This document shows, one piece after another, positions 1-13,829 of a stretch of DNA of 50,916 bases. Both the position numbers and the translations under genes were made by a program. The first letter of the stretch is position 1, and each line of letters begins with the position of its first letter. Source of the DNA: Sphaeroforma arctica JP610 (lineage: Eukaryota); the NCBI RefSeq assembly GCF_001186125.1, contig NW_014040396.1, positions 42,800-93,715 of the forward strand, read 5' to 3'. The notes below the pieces were generated by a model that was not told the origin of the DNA, made no database searches, and was given only the letters and a program-made list of their open reading frames with translations.

Positions 1-1694
1 GTCCGGATTGGTATCAGACATCAAACGATAATGTCCATGCTACTCACAGAGCGCGATTGTTAACAAACGCTCAAAATCGGGCACAAACAATTCCGACCCC
101 TGATGAGATGCCGCCTAATGGTCCGAATTTGTATCAGGACTCGAAAACCTTGGGGAAATCGCCTGATAGATTTTTTTTTTGGAACCAGCGGATTTACACT
201 TGGACATGGACACTCCTCGTAATTTATCGTCGTCGGCAAAGCGTTCCTTTGATGCCTTCCGCAGAGTAATGAAGTTATCGCAGCAACAGATGAACCAGAG
301 TCATGTGGCAACGAACTTATTTCGTGATAAGTTGCAATATCACCGTAAACCACGTTCACCAGATGAGTTGCAGGAGAATTCTCAGGATGCGGCGAATGTC
401 CCTATTGATGCAATTGCATACCGCAAGCACCTTCCTGTTCATCACGACCGCTACTTGGAAGACCCACAGGCAGTGAAACGTCATAAAGACTCGGAACCTA
501 CGGAGCCTAGCAATACTGCATCGACAGCGGCCGCGATGAAACTGCAAGTTTTTCAACTGACCCAACGAATGATGCAGGCAGAAGCGGACGGACGCATAGA
601 CGATGTGCGTGCGCTACAGGGTCTAATTCGTGCGTCGAATGAGACACTGAAGACGTGTTCAATAACGGTCGACAAACGAACACCGAAGGAATGGCCACCC
701 AACCCACATGGTAACTATTATTTGGACAATCCGCAGAAGATACAGTTACACGCTTTTATCTTGGACTGGCACAAGAATGCGCGATTCCACAAGCTAGAAC
801 CGATTCATATGCAAATGGGTTTACACCGAGCTCTACAGCATGAAAGGGCTCCTAAGGCGCTATTGGATTTTATTGTGGAAAACGAGCAAAAATTACAGTC
901 TATGACCTTTGAGGCTGCCACTACTTTTATTGTACGTACACAAGAGCAAGACCTGGAAGATAATGCATACCGCCAGGTGTTAGCATGCATGAAGCTGAAG
1001 CCATCGGTACCGCTTGATACTCAGATTCGTGATTTTGAACGCCAGGTGGAGTTCATGGAAATGCGACAATATGAGAACCCCCTAAAAGTATACCGCAACC
1101 ATGGTGTACTTAATCTTATACGCCAAGCTGCAGGTGGGGCGTACTACCGGGATACTTTTCGAATGCAACCCCTAAAACTACTCGTCTGAAAAGATACGCG
1201 ATGCATTCCGTGTGAACATTGACAAATCAGAAGAAAATCGCCAAGACAAGTTTTCGCGACCTCTACGAATTCCGGGGAACTCGCGATCACGCTCAAATTT
1301 GCGTATGCACCGCCTACGTCGAACCCACGGGTTCGTTGTTGGTCATGTGAACAAAACATTTCGCCGACATGCGAGTCGTTGTCTTAACTTACAACAAGTA
1401 CCGGTCCAGACTAGCACAGGTAGCCGCACACAAAATGGTGGGGCTACAGTTCAATGTACATCGGCTACAAGCACATCGACACGCGGGACTCACGGATCGG
1501 GTACTAATTTCCGACCCTGTGTTAACTTTGTGGACGGTGATATCATGCCTGATCAACCAACCACCGAGACGGGGGAGACTGAAGTGATGCACATTCATGA
1601 TTTGGTCAATGAGTCGTATGTGCAGAGTGACGATGAGTTGATGGAAGAAGAGCAGACACCCGATGGTTGGGAAGTTGGAACAGATTCGGACTGA
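1..1694 (+). pseudogene. gag: gag-like ORF of element A, frameshifted
   Basis: ORFs 57-269, 179-1189 and 1212-1694 are collinear with B ORFs at 15877-18092. A zinc-knuckle remnant (RCWSCEQN..HASRC) lies directly upstream of the protease. Confidence 0.75.
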
Positions 1695-4560
1695 CAGGCT
1701 GGGGTGCCTGATGTGAACATGTGTATGTCATTTAGTCGTACGGCAACAAGAATATTTGCAGTAAAAGATAAATTGTTTCCTACTGACAACCGTGTATATG
1801 TTACTTTGCAAGTGAACGGACGTGATATGTGCACCCTTGTTGACACAGGGGCCAACCGTTCAGTCATCGCTCAGGCATCCGCAGCTAATGCATACCTCTC
1901 TATTACACCACCGGCCAAGGATAGTTACATATACTTGGCGGACAAAGCCTTCAGGACTCCACGCTTGGGGAAAACACAAGCGACAAAGGTCCAGTACGGG
2001 TCAGCTGCTACTGAGGGTTGTACATTTGAACTTATGAACCTACCGGATAACATTGATATAATATTGGGTATGGATATTATGGGTGAGTTGGGATTAGGCT
2101 TAACCGGATTAGTATCTCCATTTCCAGAGATTAATCATAATGTTATGGATGAACTACTAGAACCAATCAATATTCGAATGGCCCCAAACTTGTCCGAGCC
2201 AGGTGATAAACGCGCACGCCTACGCCAATACCTGGATGCTAATGACACTATTCTGGATGCAGCTCGCTGCACACTCCCGGGTAGTGAGGTGTCACTCCCT
2301 ATTCCTCGGGATAAACTCCTGGGCCTACGTCGGCAGACAAGAAATTTTGTATCTGACAAATACAAACCACATGTAACGAAGCAAGTAGACAAATGGGAAT
2401 ACGAACTGGTCACCAATCGTCGAACATCGGCGTCGATCGCTAACCTTCCTTTGTTGGCAGTACCATCATTCACACCGTCGGGTGAACCTATTAAGGTGCG
2501 CGTGTGCTTGAACCTGCGGCAGATTAACACTCCTATTCCGGGCGATCAGTTTACGTTTCCAAAGGTCAACGAAATCATCAGCAACTTGAAGGGCAAACGT
2601 TACTACAGGTGCACGTCGATTCGCAGCACATGTTTTCGTTTACATGGAACAGTCAGCAGTACTCGTTTACGTCGGCTTCCTTTGGATTGACGACACTCAC
2701 GTCACAATTTCAACGTACAATCAGAAATTTGATGGCAGGACTGGACGTGCAATGATATGTTGATGATCTAATAATTGCATCGGACGATTACGAGGAGCAC
2801 ATTGCTACGGTTCAAGAGGTCATTCGACTCTTGACGGAGAAAAGCTTCAAACTTAATCAGAAGAAATGTCACTTTGCGGTGCGAGAGGTGATGGTCCTGG
2901 GAAAGAAGATATCAGCTAATGACATTGACGTGGATCATGAGAAGCAGCAACGTTTAATTGACTGGCCAGTTCCAAGATGTCAAAGGGATATTGCCTCTGC
3001 GTTAGGATTAGCAAAATTTCTACATGAGCATCTACCGAACTTTGCACACAAGATAGCTCCACTCCGAACATTCTCTAAACTTAAGCCAAAGGAGCCCAAT
3101 GGGGATCGTTGGAAGCCAGAACATCAATTGGCGTGGGATCAGATGAAGGAGGCTATCGTATCGGCAGTCAGGTTGAACTTTTCTGTTGATGGTGTACCAC
3201 TTGAGTTAGAGGCGGATGCAAGCGATTATGGAATTGGTGGCGCATTGTTTCAATTGATTGACGGACGCAAACATTACCTGATATTCTTCTCGAAAACTCT
3301 CAACAAGGCACAGCAGGCATATGCAACCCCGATGAAAGAATTATTAGCACTTACCTATGTTTTGGTTCACTTCCATGATCATTTCATTGGACAACGGTTT
3401 ACTGTACATATAGCTGAATAGCATGTTGCAGCGATGGCATCATATTATTGTACAGTTCAATTTTACTATTACACATGTACCTGGAGAACTGAACAAGTTG
3501 TCAGACCTGTGGAGTAGTTTTCATGAGGGCACGGCGGATATCAACTACCCCGTGGTGTTCTATACGTCATGTTGAAAGTTGTTTCCGGATTTCTTTGACC
3601 AGATCCAGAAGCACTTTGGACCAACGACGTCGACGCTTTTGCCTCGAGTCCTAACGCTCAGCTTCGCCAATACTGGTCGTACGACAAGGATGGCGGGGCG
3701 TTTAAATTTGACTGGAGTAAATACAACGCATGGATGAACCCACCGTGGCGTCTTATACATAAGGTGTTGCGTAAGGTGTTGAAGGACAGGGCGTCGGCAA
3801 CAATATGTTTACCGTTGAATACACGTGCGCCATGATTCCCTTTACTTCTATCGATGATACAAGCAGAACGTACGGCTCACACATTCTTGAAGCACGGCTC
3901 CCAGGCTTGTCTAAAACCCTAAACCCTAAAACCATCGTGGTACGTATTGGCCCTCCATCTAGGTACAAAGTCAATCCATCATTTTGGTGTGGCTTAGGCT
4001 TGAAGGTACCTGTATTTGAAGACGCTAGTACACATTATCAAGAAGATTGGGCACAATCGTTGATGACGAAACGAACGCGACAGATCCCTGCACAAATTCC
4101 TGAGATATGTGCGGGTGCTACAGTGATGAATCATCCAGGGCACGAGGAAGCAAACCGTCGTGTACAGTTGACATGCCAATTCCATGAACAAGGACATTCG
4201 GCCCCAGCAGTTACAGTACAACAGATGCGCGACGATGGACATAACTGGGACCAGATGCTTCCAATCACAGAAGTGGTCCGCAAGTTATGTCGCACATGCT
4301 TGGGCAACGATACGATGAAAAAAGGTTTTCATCCTTTAATGAATATTACCGCTCGGTATCCCTGGGATCACATACAAATGGATCCCATTCCTATGGCGGT
4401 CACATCCACTAAAGAAACCAAATTTATTTTACATGTGCTTGATGTGGCGTCGGGCTACTCTATTATACGGGCGATACCTGCGAAGGATGCAAAGACAGTG
4501 GCGGCAGAGTTAGTGTCAGTGTTTGGTGAGCATGGATTTCCTCTTAAGATTCAAAGTGAC
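1695..4560 (+). pseudogene. pol: pol of element A, N-terminal part: aspartic protease, RT, RNase H, MTase, integrase Zn finger and core start
   Basis: LVDTGAN protease; RVCLNLRQIN and YVDD (about 2756) RT; LEADASDYGIGGALFQ and KELLAL RNase H; H-x3-H...C-x2-C and PWDHIQMD integrase. Several stops and frameshifts. Confidence 0.92.
3573..3955 (+). pseudogene. Dam-like DNA N6-adenine methyltransferase domain within pol of element A
   Basis: Manual translation, not in the ORF track: *KLFPDFFDQIQKHFGP / VDAFASSPNAQLRQYWSYDKDGGAFKFDWSKYNAWMNPPWRLIHKVLRKVLKDRASATICLP. NPPW at 3737-3748. Confidence 0.88.
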
Positions 4561-4944
4561 TGTGGTCAAAACCAAGTAACACTTAATAAGGAGTGTTAAG
4601 TCTGAAATAAGTGAACTCAGTCAAAAGTGTCGTTATGATCGGCGCGTCTGCTGTATTTATTTATCACGTTCCTGTGTGGAACGAGATTTTCTCTAACAAC
4701 GGGTAATTATGAAAATACCCGTATCTATGGTTTTCGTCTCCTGGTTACTAAATTATGATGATACCTCTTGAGTCATCAATCATTCATATTAAATTCTCTG
4801 TCTTAATATTAGGTCCGGTCCCTCTGAGTACGGTCCTGAAATATTTTACTTAGGTCCGGTCCTCTGGTCCGGTCCTAAAATTACACTTGTAGGTTGGGCC
4901 CTCTGGTCCAGTCCTAAATGTCCGTCCAGGGTACTTTGTCCACA
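4561..4944 (-). repeat. 3' LTR of element B (384 bp)
   Basis: Direct repeat of 18375-18758 (about 20 mismatches by eye). TGTGG...CCACA termini. PPT-like TGGCGGGGC is adjacent on the - strand. Confidence 0.95.
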
Positions 4945-7440
4945 GCCCCGCCAAGTTGGGTGTTGGTGTGTTTCAATAATCTTTGAGAGTCTCTGTAATA
5001 AAATCTGTATTTGAAATAAAAATATAAAGGAAATATCCTACACGGATCGTGGGTTATTGTATCGTCGGAGATGTTCTTTACAGTTTCATCAGAGTGTCGT
5101 AAATATAAGGAAACAACCAGCAATACACAACTGTAAATAGACAAAAGTATCCCCACAAAATAAAGATTTTTTTTTTTAAAGATCCAAAAATGTGTCAGAA
5201 TTTATGATATAGTATCGCTTTTACTTTGTCGTGTGTCGTAAATATCCATTATGCTATATATTTATGCCACGCAACTAGTATGCGTACGTCACTGCGTCCC
5301 TATTTAACACATTGTGCAATCTTACTGTCGTAAAGTTGTTATAGCCGCTGTCTATATGGTTCTTTATATATTATAAAATTGATTGGTTCTTACTACGATT
5401 GAGTATGACTCGTGTGCCATATTTATACAAGTTGAATCCGTTAATACGTTTATAGTCTTTATGAAATATGGTTAGGTGTGTGTTGATCTGTATGTAACGT
5501 TTTCTAATACATATCGGTAAAACGTTTCAACGGGTTCAGTTATATAATGAAGCCGTGAATGCTATATGTTGATAGAAAATTAACAGTAAGACCCGATTAT
5601 ATGTGTGCGTATTATGGTGCTTTATGTGTTCATTAATTACTAGTTAGTATAGATATGGTTACTTTTCATTAGGTGTCGATTTGTCGATTGTAAAATGTCT
5701 GAGTGGCCATCTGCCATCCTAATGCTACTATGTGGATGACCTCCCGCAGTGTTTCCGAGTTTAAGTATTTAATGTATTAGTAATCTCATCTATTTTATAT
5801 TTAACGTACTGCGATTCATTGTAAATGGAAATGTCTTTTGTTGTAACATACTTCTAATATCACTACCTGTATCATTCTCTTCTATGCTAATACTGGTAAT
5901 ATTTGGACAGCTAATTATGGTATTCCTGTATATGTTGTGTAGTGCAAATATATATGTGTATATGTGTATCTGTTTTCCGTGATATTCTTCGATTCAATTC
6001 GTGTAATGTTTGCAATGTTGTAGCAATTTTATATGTGTATATTCGGAATATATGTCCCTATACATGTAAGTGAGTGTCTCTAAACCCGTGCTGTTAGAAT
6101 GTGTCATGTCACTATTCGTTGTTGTGCTCACTATCATTTGTTTATTAATTATGTCTAGGTAATCGTACATTAAATCACGAACGAATCTTGGTTGTAAATA
6201 TTTGTAAATTCATAAGATGGTTATAAGGTACTACGTATACTTTGTTTATAGTAATAATGATTAGTGTCTACGCGCATGAAATATATGTTCATGTTGACGT
6301 GTCGTGTTACTTGTATAGTACCATTTGGGTATTGTATTACCCAGTACAGTGCGTAATGGCATCAATTTGTGTGATTTCCAATTTATCCTTCCTATACTAT
6401 TGTATTATACCACGGAAGAGGTAATTATATATTGTGTATGTCAATTTATATCCCTGAGTGTCTTTGCCTCCAAGATGTTAGAGGATATATCTTATATTAG
6501 CACTGTCTGGTAGTTAACGAGCCTGTGTGCGTGGTCAATGTGAAATGTTCGTGTGTATTAGTGATTCTATGTTAGATCTTTGCGCTTTTAGTAAAATCGC
6601 CGTTGTATATCTTTATTTTGTAATTATGATAAGTTTAGAACTTCTATTATGTGTACTGATAACACACAACTCCAAAATCTCGTAAAATCACTATCCATTT
6701 GTAGTAAATGTGTGACATCTTAAGTCACGTTATCGTGCCATCTCAAGTATCCGTGTGCGTGATTCAAGTAGAGTTAGGTGTGCGGAAGCCATGTAATTGC
6801 TAAGCTACTGACTTCCTTTATTGTGTCAAAATATGCGTGCCTTAGCATGCTTATTTCCCGATATATACGAATTTACATGTATGTTATATGTTGGTTATTA
6901 CCTGTTTATGTTTGTTAACGTGTATATAAAAACGTTGAGCGTATTTTAAACGTAAACGTTTTTAAAACGCTTTTATTTATTTTTTAAAATGAAAAATTAG
7001 GCCCATTTTTAGTCCCCATTTTTCTGGAAAAATACATAAACGCATCAGACTATAAGCGTAAAACGCGTTAGACTGAAAGAAATACGTTTATGACAGATAT
7101 TATATTTTCATGCCTATTTGCCTCCGATGGTGCAGAAGCCTGTCAGTATACTTGGTGATTGTTCTAATGTTAGTATATCCTCTTCCTTCCTTGTTTTATC
7201 ACAGGTTTGACGAAGCAAATAGAGGCCTGTCTTGTTAATAAACAATGGTTATAGGTGACCTCTACCTGCCCTGCGTATCCAACCCCTTCATATGTGTTGT
7301 ATAATTATCTTCTCGGTTATAAATATTAATTACTTTTTGATGTGTTGTTAAATGTGTGTGTGTGTGTGCGATTGTGGTGTGGTGTCCTCTGAAGCATACT
7401 CGAGTTGGGCGCGCATTCGGCGACTCCGTCACAGCGCCTT

Positions 7441-7620
7441 ACACGTTCCGACTTCTACGTAATAGTGATACATGTTCCGACTCTTGCGTAGTAATGTTAT
7501 ACATGGTCCGCCTCCTACGTAATAATGCCTGCATGTTCCGACTCTTGCGTAATGACGTTGTACAAGTTCCGCCTCTTACGTAATGATGTAACACGTTCCG
7601 ACTTTTACGTAATAATGTTA
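7441..7620. repeat. About six 29-30 bp tandem units (ACATGTTCCGACTCTTACGTAATAATG-like) in the 3' non-coding region of B
   Basis: Visible array; a diverged counterpart is present in A at about 20455-20605. Confidence 0.85.
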
Positions 7621-8371
7621 TCCAGCTCAATACCATTCAGGGCGGCTATGCAACACGCTCGAAGCTGCGGTTGCTCACCGACTGTAATGCTCACGCAAAA
7701 TTTAATGCGCCGTGTCCTCAGGGTTGCTCGCCTCTGAGTAAAAATAAACGGGGTGCTCGCCCGTATTCTCAGCATCTAAATTAAACATACATAATCTATT
7801 CTGTCAACTGGGTGCCACGCAACACGTTCGAAGCTGCGGCTAATAACCGAGCTCACACAAAATTCAATGCGCCGTGTCCTCAGGGTTGCTCGCCACTGAG
7901 TTAGAGTCACCAGGGTGCTCGCTTATACTCTTAAGCATATAGATATCCTTGCCACACACAACCACCACTCATTGTGTAACGACTTCGTGCGTCGTATGTG
8001 TCATGTTCAAAGGTTTATTTCATGCCTAAGCATATATAGTGTTGCGTTATAATATTCTTGTCGCATCAAAGACAATGTACCACATCACCAACATATCACT
8101 GGGATGTACTTTACTTACTTGCAATTGTGCTGTATTGCCGGTGTCGTTGTACTTGATCTATTTGAATGATACATGATATATAAGACTATTGTAATGTGAA
8201 GTAGTATACTATCCTATCTATGTCGTGCAAGTACTGTGTGCATGTCTCAAAGTCTATGTAAGTTTACTTTATTAATAATCACGTTTGTGTGTGTCTCCTC
8301 TCGTGCAGTTGTCACTCATGCATGCAGTAAGGACGCAGCCCCGGCCAGACATACCATCGACCAAGGCCGCT

Positions 8372-8503
8372 CTAACCTTGGACCAGCCGTCGCTGTCGTC
8401 GACTCTCACGAGTTTGGATTCGCTTACGGTATGCAGTCACCACATTCGGATCATCAAAGGCATCCGCTGTCAGCCATGTGGGAGAGCCCTCTAACCGGCG
8501 TAC
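8372..8503 (-). pseudogene. pol: C-terminal half of the chromodomain of element B pol
   Basis: RRLEGSPTWLTADAFDDPNVVTAYRKRIQTRESRQRRLVQG*. Joins EYLV at about 14055 across element C. Confidence 0.88.
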
Positions 8504-9405
8504 TGTAAAAGTCGGTCTCGTCTTGGCTGACTATACGATACCAATGCGTTTACGTTAATAAGAAAATACGTTATTACGTTAAAATGTAAAAAATTAAATA
8601 AGTTTAGCTTCAGCCCTTGGTAATGAGCAAAAGATTAGGGGATTTTAGACTGAGACTATTGTCTATATGCTCCGCTCTAATCACTCACTACTCCGGTCTA
8701 GATTTATTTATGTTTTAGTTACTAAGACTAGATATCATTTCATTGGACGCATAGTTTACATTTCACGCCTCGAAACAATTACCTAATCAAACTAACCAAT
8801 AAAATACCTCTAAGCCCAACTTAAGAAAATAAAAATAAAATCAAAACACCAAGCTGGTGCAGTATATATCTGCACCTAAACCCCATCACTTGGTACCTAG
8901 CTCCCCATCCCATTTAAGGCATAGACGGGCACATCTAGTTGGCTGGCTAGGAGGAATCAAAACCATATTGTCCTAAATTCTAACAACTCTGATCCTGTCC
9001 TTTTCTCAGTGGATTATCTTACTCTGAGATCATTATCGAATTATACCATAGGCTTGTACCAACAACCATTTCATGCCTTAGACCCTCTCTCATGGTACTC
9101 CCATTAATTAGAGATTCCCAAAGTGTCATTTTCAGGTGTCAGATTGGTGTCGTTCCTATATTATGTACAATTCTAATTTCAGTGGAAAACCCAATCATTA
9201 TTTTGAAAACCACCTAATTGTCCACAGTAGAGTCCCATACTCTACTGAGTACTGTCACATGTTCAGAATCTTGAATTTCTCAGTTCTTGTTCATGTCCAA
9301 TTCGTTAAACGTATTCCAGTATTATTAATATAATCGTTAATACATTTATACAGTAATAATATACGTTAACTGTGCAACTACTATTAGGAACCCGCTATTT
9401 TTACA
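8504..9405 (-). repeat. 3' LTR of element C (902 bp)
   Basis: About 9185-9405 is nearly identical to 13830-14051. TG...CA ends, adjacent PPT. Confidence 0.9.
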
Positions 9406-9541
9406 TAGCCCCCCCTCAGCTTGAAAATTACAATGTTGGCTTATACGTGGTATTAGCACATGGACTCAAAAAGCTCACATGAATTGTATAAGCGAAAAGA
9501 ATGAAACGGGTTTCGATCATTGAACGGCCTCAATGCCTATG

Positions 9542-12500
9542 TTATATCCTCTTAGACAAAGTTGGGCTTTGGTCCTTTTGGTCCCCGATGGTGGATGGTA
9601 CGTTTCTTAATGCCTTTTGGAGGTACGTACATTCCATGCTGTTTAAAGCTGGCAATGTATGATGTCTGTGGATAGATCTTAACCACTTCGGGTCGCTTAT
9701 TCGATGGTAAGATTGTTTCTGCATCAGCCTTATTTTTGTGTAAGCGTTTGCGAAACTTCTTATTAAAAGCCTTTAGTACATCCGGATCATCAAATGCTGA
9801 TGGTGGAAGATCATGCTGTGCTCCATCGGCGAACTCCGTAGTTTAATATGTCATATCCTCATGTTTGTACTTCCCTAGAATCTTCTTAACCTCGTAAGAC
9901 ATAAGAGGTGTAGTAGCTTCACGTGTGCGACGAAGGATGATCTCTGTCGTAGGGATTCGATGTGACCCGATATTTAAGGCACTAGAGCCGTCAACGTTGT
10001 TAACTTCAAACGTTTCGCTCTTCTTATCGGCCACAGATATCATAAATGGTCCAATATATTTAGCCGTAAGCACAGTTGTATCGGAGTTGCGAGCCATAAT
10101 GTTGACTATATCACCTACCTCAACTCGACTATTTTCTTGGTATCATTCCATTGCTTTTGTCTCTTCTTGAGAGCGATGTCCTTCATCTTCCTTAAGCAAG
10201 GATAGACCACATCTCTGGTCCGACGCATCTTCTCTAACCATGGTAACACATGATCATCTTGAGACTCCTTGTTGAAGGGGATATGTAATTCACTATAACG
10301 GCCCCGGAAATAGTGTGCGGGTGTTGTACCAGTGACTGAATCAGGGGATTCGTTCATCTGTGTCTGTACCCAATTGATTGAGTACGGCCACATGTCAGCA
10401 TCATCAAGTAGTGCTCATCGCATGAACTCCTTCATCCTTCCGTGTCGTACCTCGTTTGCACCTTGTGTCTGAGGCTTGTAAGGTACACCCATCTTATGGC
10501 ATGATCCCGCAACGAGTAACAGTGTCGTCATGACATCTCCTGTAAACTCACTACCGTTGTCGAAACATACAATAGCTCAGCCGAAATCTGCGAAGCACTT
10601 AAATATGCACTCAGCCACAGTTTGTGTCGATTTATCTTTCAGCGGATACAATATATTATATCTTGATGCGACATCAAACACGTGGCAGACATATTTATCC
10701 TTCGTGTGTTCGGACGTGGGTAGCTCAACCAAATCAATGATAACCAGGCGCCACGGCTCGTCTTCTGATACGCTGCGTAAAGATGCGTATCCGTAGCGCT
10801 TGATCCGGTTAACTTCGCAGTTGTTACATTCGTGATACACCTGAGATATATATTGCTTGAGGTTCGGGGGTACGATTCCGTACCTCTTGCAATCTTTCTC
10901 AGTTCAAACCCTAAAACGCATGTGCTTAAGAGCATGATTTTGTCTTAACCACTTCAGAATCGCCTCCTGTGATTTACTTGTTACATTGAAATCAGGAGGT
11001 GAGGATTTCACAGCGTCATCACCCGGACTCGAAGACTCGTCTTGTCCAATCTCGCCTAAAGCTGCTACATCGTGAATCCGACTAATGTTTGATCTGTCCA
11101 TTAGTTGAGTCACATAATCATATACCTCGGAAAAGTCATTCATCAATTGCTTAAGCAATCGAGTTTCTGCTTGGTATGCAGTTTCCCTGTCAGACCGTAT
11201 CTTGTTGTAGAGGCTTTCATTAGGGTTGCGCTCCTCTTTGATTCCTTTGAATTTGGCTGTATCTCGGAAACACATACTGCAGGTGCTTGTGTTGTCCCAG
11301 TCTCTGATTGAGACTTAGGATTCAAGAGTGGAATCTTGGATTCATCAACCTTCTGTTTGAAAGTCTCGGATGGCGTCCACTTGGTTGTTCCAACTGGTCC
11401 TATTCGACATATAATAGTATGTCGCCAAGGCGTCTTTTGGACTGCACGGATACCCTGGTAGAGAAAAGTATCTACCTCTCTATCCACATAGATCGGCTCA
11501 CATTGTATCATTGAGATCAACTGTGGTAGCCATTTATCTGAGTATCTTAGGAGACAACAAAACGTGATGGTAGTATCTTGAATATGTACATAATTTAGCA
11601 ACTGTGGTATTAATAGCCATGAAGGATTTGCCCAGGGATTCTCGTGAGGCAAGTATATCTGGAATCCGTCTCCTTCCGGATGTTTCAGTGTCCGGTACCT
11701 CCGCAGTTGCGCATTATGATGAGCGACAAACATATCTATGGTATGTGGTCCATATATGTTGTCAGCGATCTTAAACCACCTAGGATTGGCCATCCAATCT
11801 GTAGCTAGTAACTCCCTAACCATCGTGCTAAAGTCAGGTACGAAGCGAGACAACATGTCGGGTAAGTGATTGTGAATACCCGGTATATGTGTTATGTCGA
11901 AAGAAAATTTCGCGATCGTGTCATACCACTGACTGACTAACTGTCAGTTAGGTTTCATGTCCTTTAGGTGTTGCAATGACTTCTGATCACATAGCACGTT
12001 AAAGTGTGTGCCATATAGATTGTCCTTAAAACGAGTGAGTGCAGTAACAATAGCCAAAAGCTCTTGTTTCACGGTTGGGTAATTGATCTGAGACGAATTC
12101 ATAGCCCTGCTAAAGAACTGTACATATCTTGGTTTCCCATCAATTATTTGATACAAGACGCCGCCGAGTGCCATGTCGGACGCGTCTGTTGCTACCATGA
12201 ATGGAATACCATCCTTTGGTGGCTGGACTACTGGTGCCTGATGAACCACTGTTTTGAGCTGCTTAAATGCGTCATCACAGTCTTTGGTCCACAGTGCGCC
12301 TAGTTTGCCTTTATGACATCTCAAATGTCCAAAGGGCTTTAAATAACTTGCCAGGTGTGGTACTCCGTCAGACAAAAAGTTGACGAATCCGCACATGCTG
12401 TTGACATCCTTACCCGTGGTAGAAGTTCTCCAGTCTTGCAAGTGGCCGACCTTCCCGGGATCGATCATGATTCCATCCCCGAATACTCGGTAACCCAACA

Positions 12501-13691
12501 GCTGAATCTCGTTAACACCGAAGTGACATTTCTTACTGTTGACCTTAAAGTTGTGCTTGTCGAGTCTGTCTAGAACCTCTCGCACAACCCTTACGTGCTC
12601 CTCTTTGGTTTTGGTGAATACCACAATGTCATCAATGTATACTTGTACATTGTCCATGTCCCTAAACAAGTCTTGCATAATTTGTTGAAAGAACGCAGGT
12701 AACATGTGTAACCCAAAGAGGGCACCTTTGAACGAATATTGCTGACCCTCCCAGGTAAAGGTGAAATACTTCCGATGTGGTTTGTAGATCTTCATCTGGT
12801 GGTAGCCCTGCTTCAGGTCGATAGTGGAGAATATCTTAGCTCCCTCCATGCGCCTGAGTAGTTCGTTTATCCTTGGTAAGTGAAAATTGTGTGTCGGTAT
12901 CAAAGCGTTAATTGGGCTCATATCCAAACACACCCGAACTACTTCAGCGTCCCGTCAGAGTTGAATTGGTCGACGGCTAAAAGCGCTAGGTTGACGGGAG
13001 TCGGCTCGTAATTGACTGCGATCACTCCGTCATCTAATTATGCTTTAACCTGTTCTCGTACGACCTGCTCATGACGCCATGCAACATAGTTACGTGTTGG
13101 ACACTTCAGCTTCGAGAAATCTACTCTCGTCAGGTCTAGACTAACGAATCCGTTATTGAATTTGAACTTAGCTCAGTCAGTGATCTGAATCTTGTCGTTC
13201 TCGAAAATCAAGTCCTTGAGTTTCTCTGTGAAGTGAGGGATCATCTCCTTCACAGTCTTCGAAGGTTTATATACCGGTTTCAACAAGTTGTCGTCCGACT
13301 GATCCTTCTGTGGTTCAATGTTAGTAGGTAAGCCTGTAATTGTGATACCTAATGGCAATAAATCACTCATACCTACTATGAGATCATAGTCTGGTGAAGT
13401 ATTACATATGACTGCCTTAGTAACTATAGTACGTTGGTCTGTCAATATAAACCTAAGATCGATTGCCATTTCCCTGCAAGTGATCTCTCTTTCATCAGCC
13501 AGTTTCAACATAGTTGGCTCTGACTTACGAGTTACGTCTGTCATTTTACAGAATCTAGAGGATATACATGAAATTTGCAAGCCCGGATCCAGCAGCACTT
13601 TTATTTCATGTCCGTTAACTCGTATATCTAGGATTACACGCTCGTCTTGAGGTGCGTCCTTTTGTCTTAGTGACAAGACCCGGTATGTTTG
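9542..13691 (-). pseudogene. pol: pol of element C: PR, RT, RNase H, MTase, integrase, chromodomain
   Basis: VLLDPG protease; STIDLKQGYHQ and YIDD RT; ATDASDMALGG RNase H; CNNC and PWRLVIIDLVEL integrase; KYIGPF; YEVKKILG..SAFDDPDVL chromodomain. Stops and frameshifts throughout. Confidence 0.93.
11396..11799 (-). pseudogene. Dam-like DNA N6-adenine methyltransferase domain within pol of element C
   Basis: DWMANPRWF...GPHTIDMFVAHHNAQLRRY...DGF...NPWANPSWLLIPQLL...PWRHTIICRIGP, in frame just after the RNase H end (IPGIHNHLPDMLSR). Confidence 0.87.
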
Positions 13692-13829
13692 TCACTTAAC
13701 TTCAACTTTTGGTTTCACCTTGCATGTATGCTTGTGGTAACCTCCAGTCCCGATACAGTCGGCACACTTCTCGATAAAGTGCATACACTTTTCTGCGTGC
13801 CTTCCATTCCATCTGCCATTCGGCTCATG
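13692..13829 (-). pseudogene. gag: gag C-terminal remnant of element C with zinc knuckle
   Basis: HAEKCMHFIEKCADCIGTGGYHKHTCKVKPKVEVK* (C-x2-C-x6-H-x3-C). Confidence 0.75.

Noticed and set aside
2753..3835. UGA=Trp genetic code, suggested by three TGA codons at conserved Trp positions in A (about 2753, 3573, 3833)
   Set aside because: Most Trp codons here are TGG, the RNF10-like gene ends in TGA at the expected C-terminus, and A is otherwise decayed, so simple G-to-A mutation suffices.
3912..3932. AAACCCTAAACCCTAAA as a telomeric repeat
   Set aside because: Only two units, inside pol; a small local duplication or chance.
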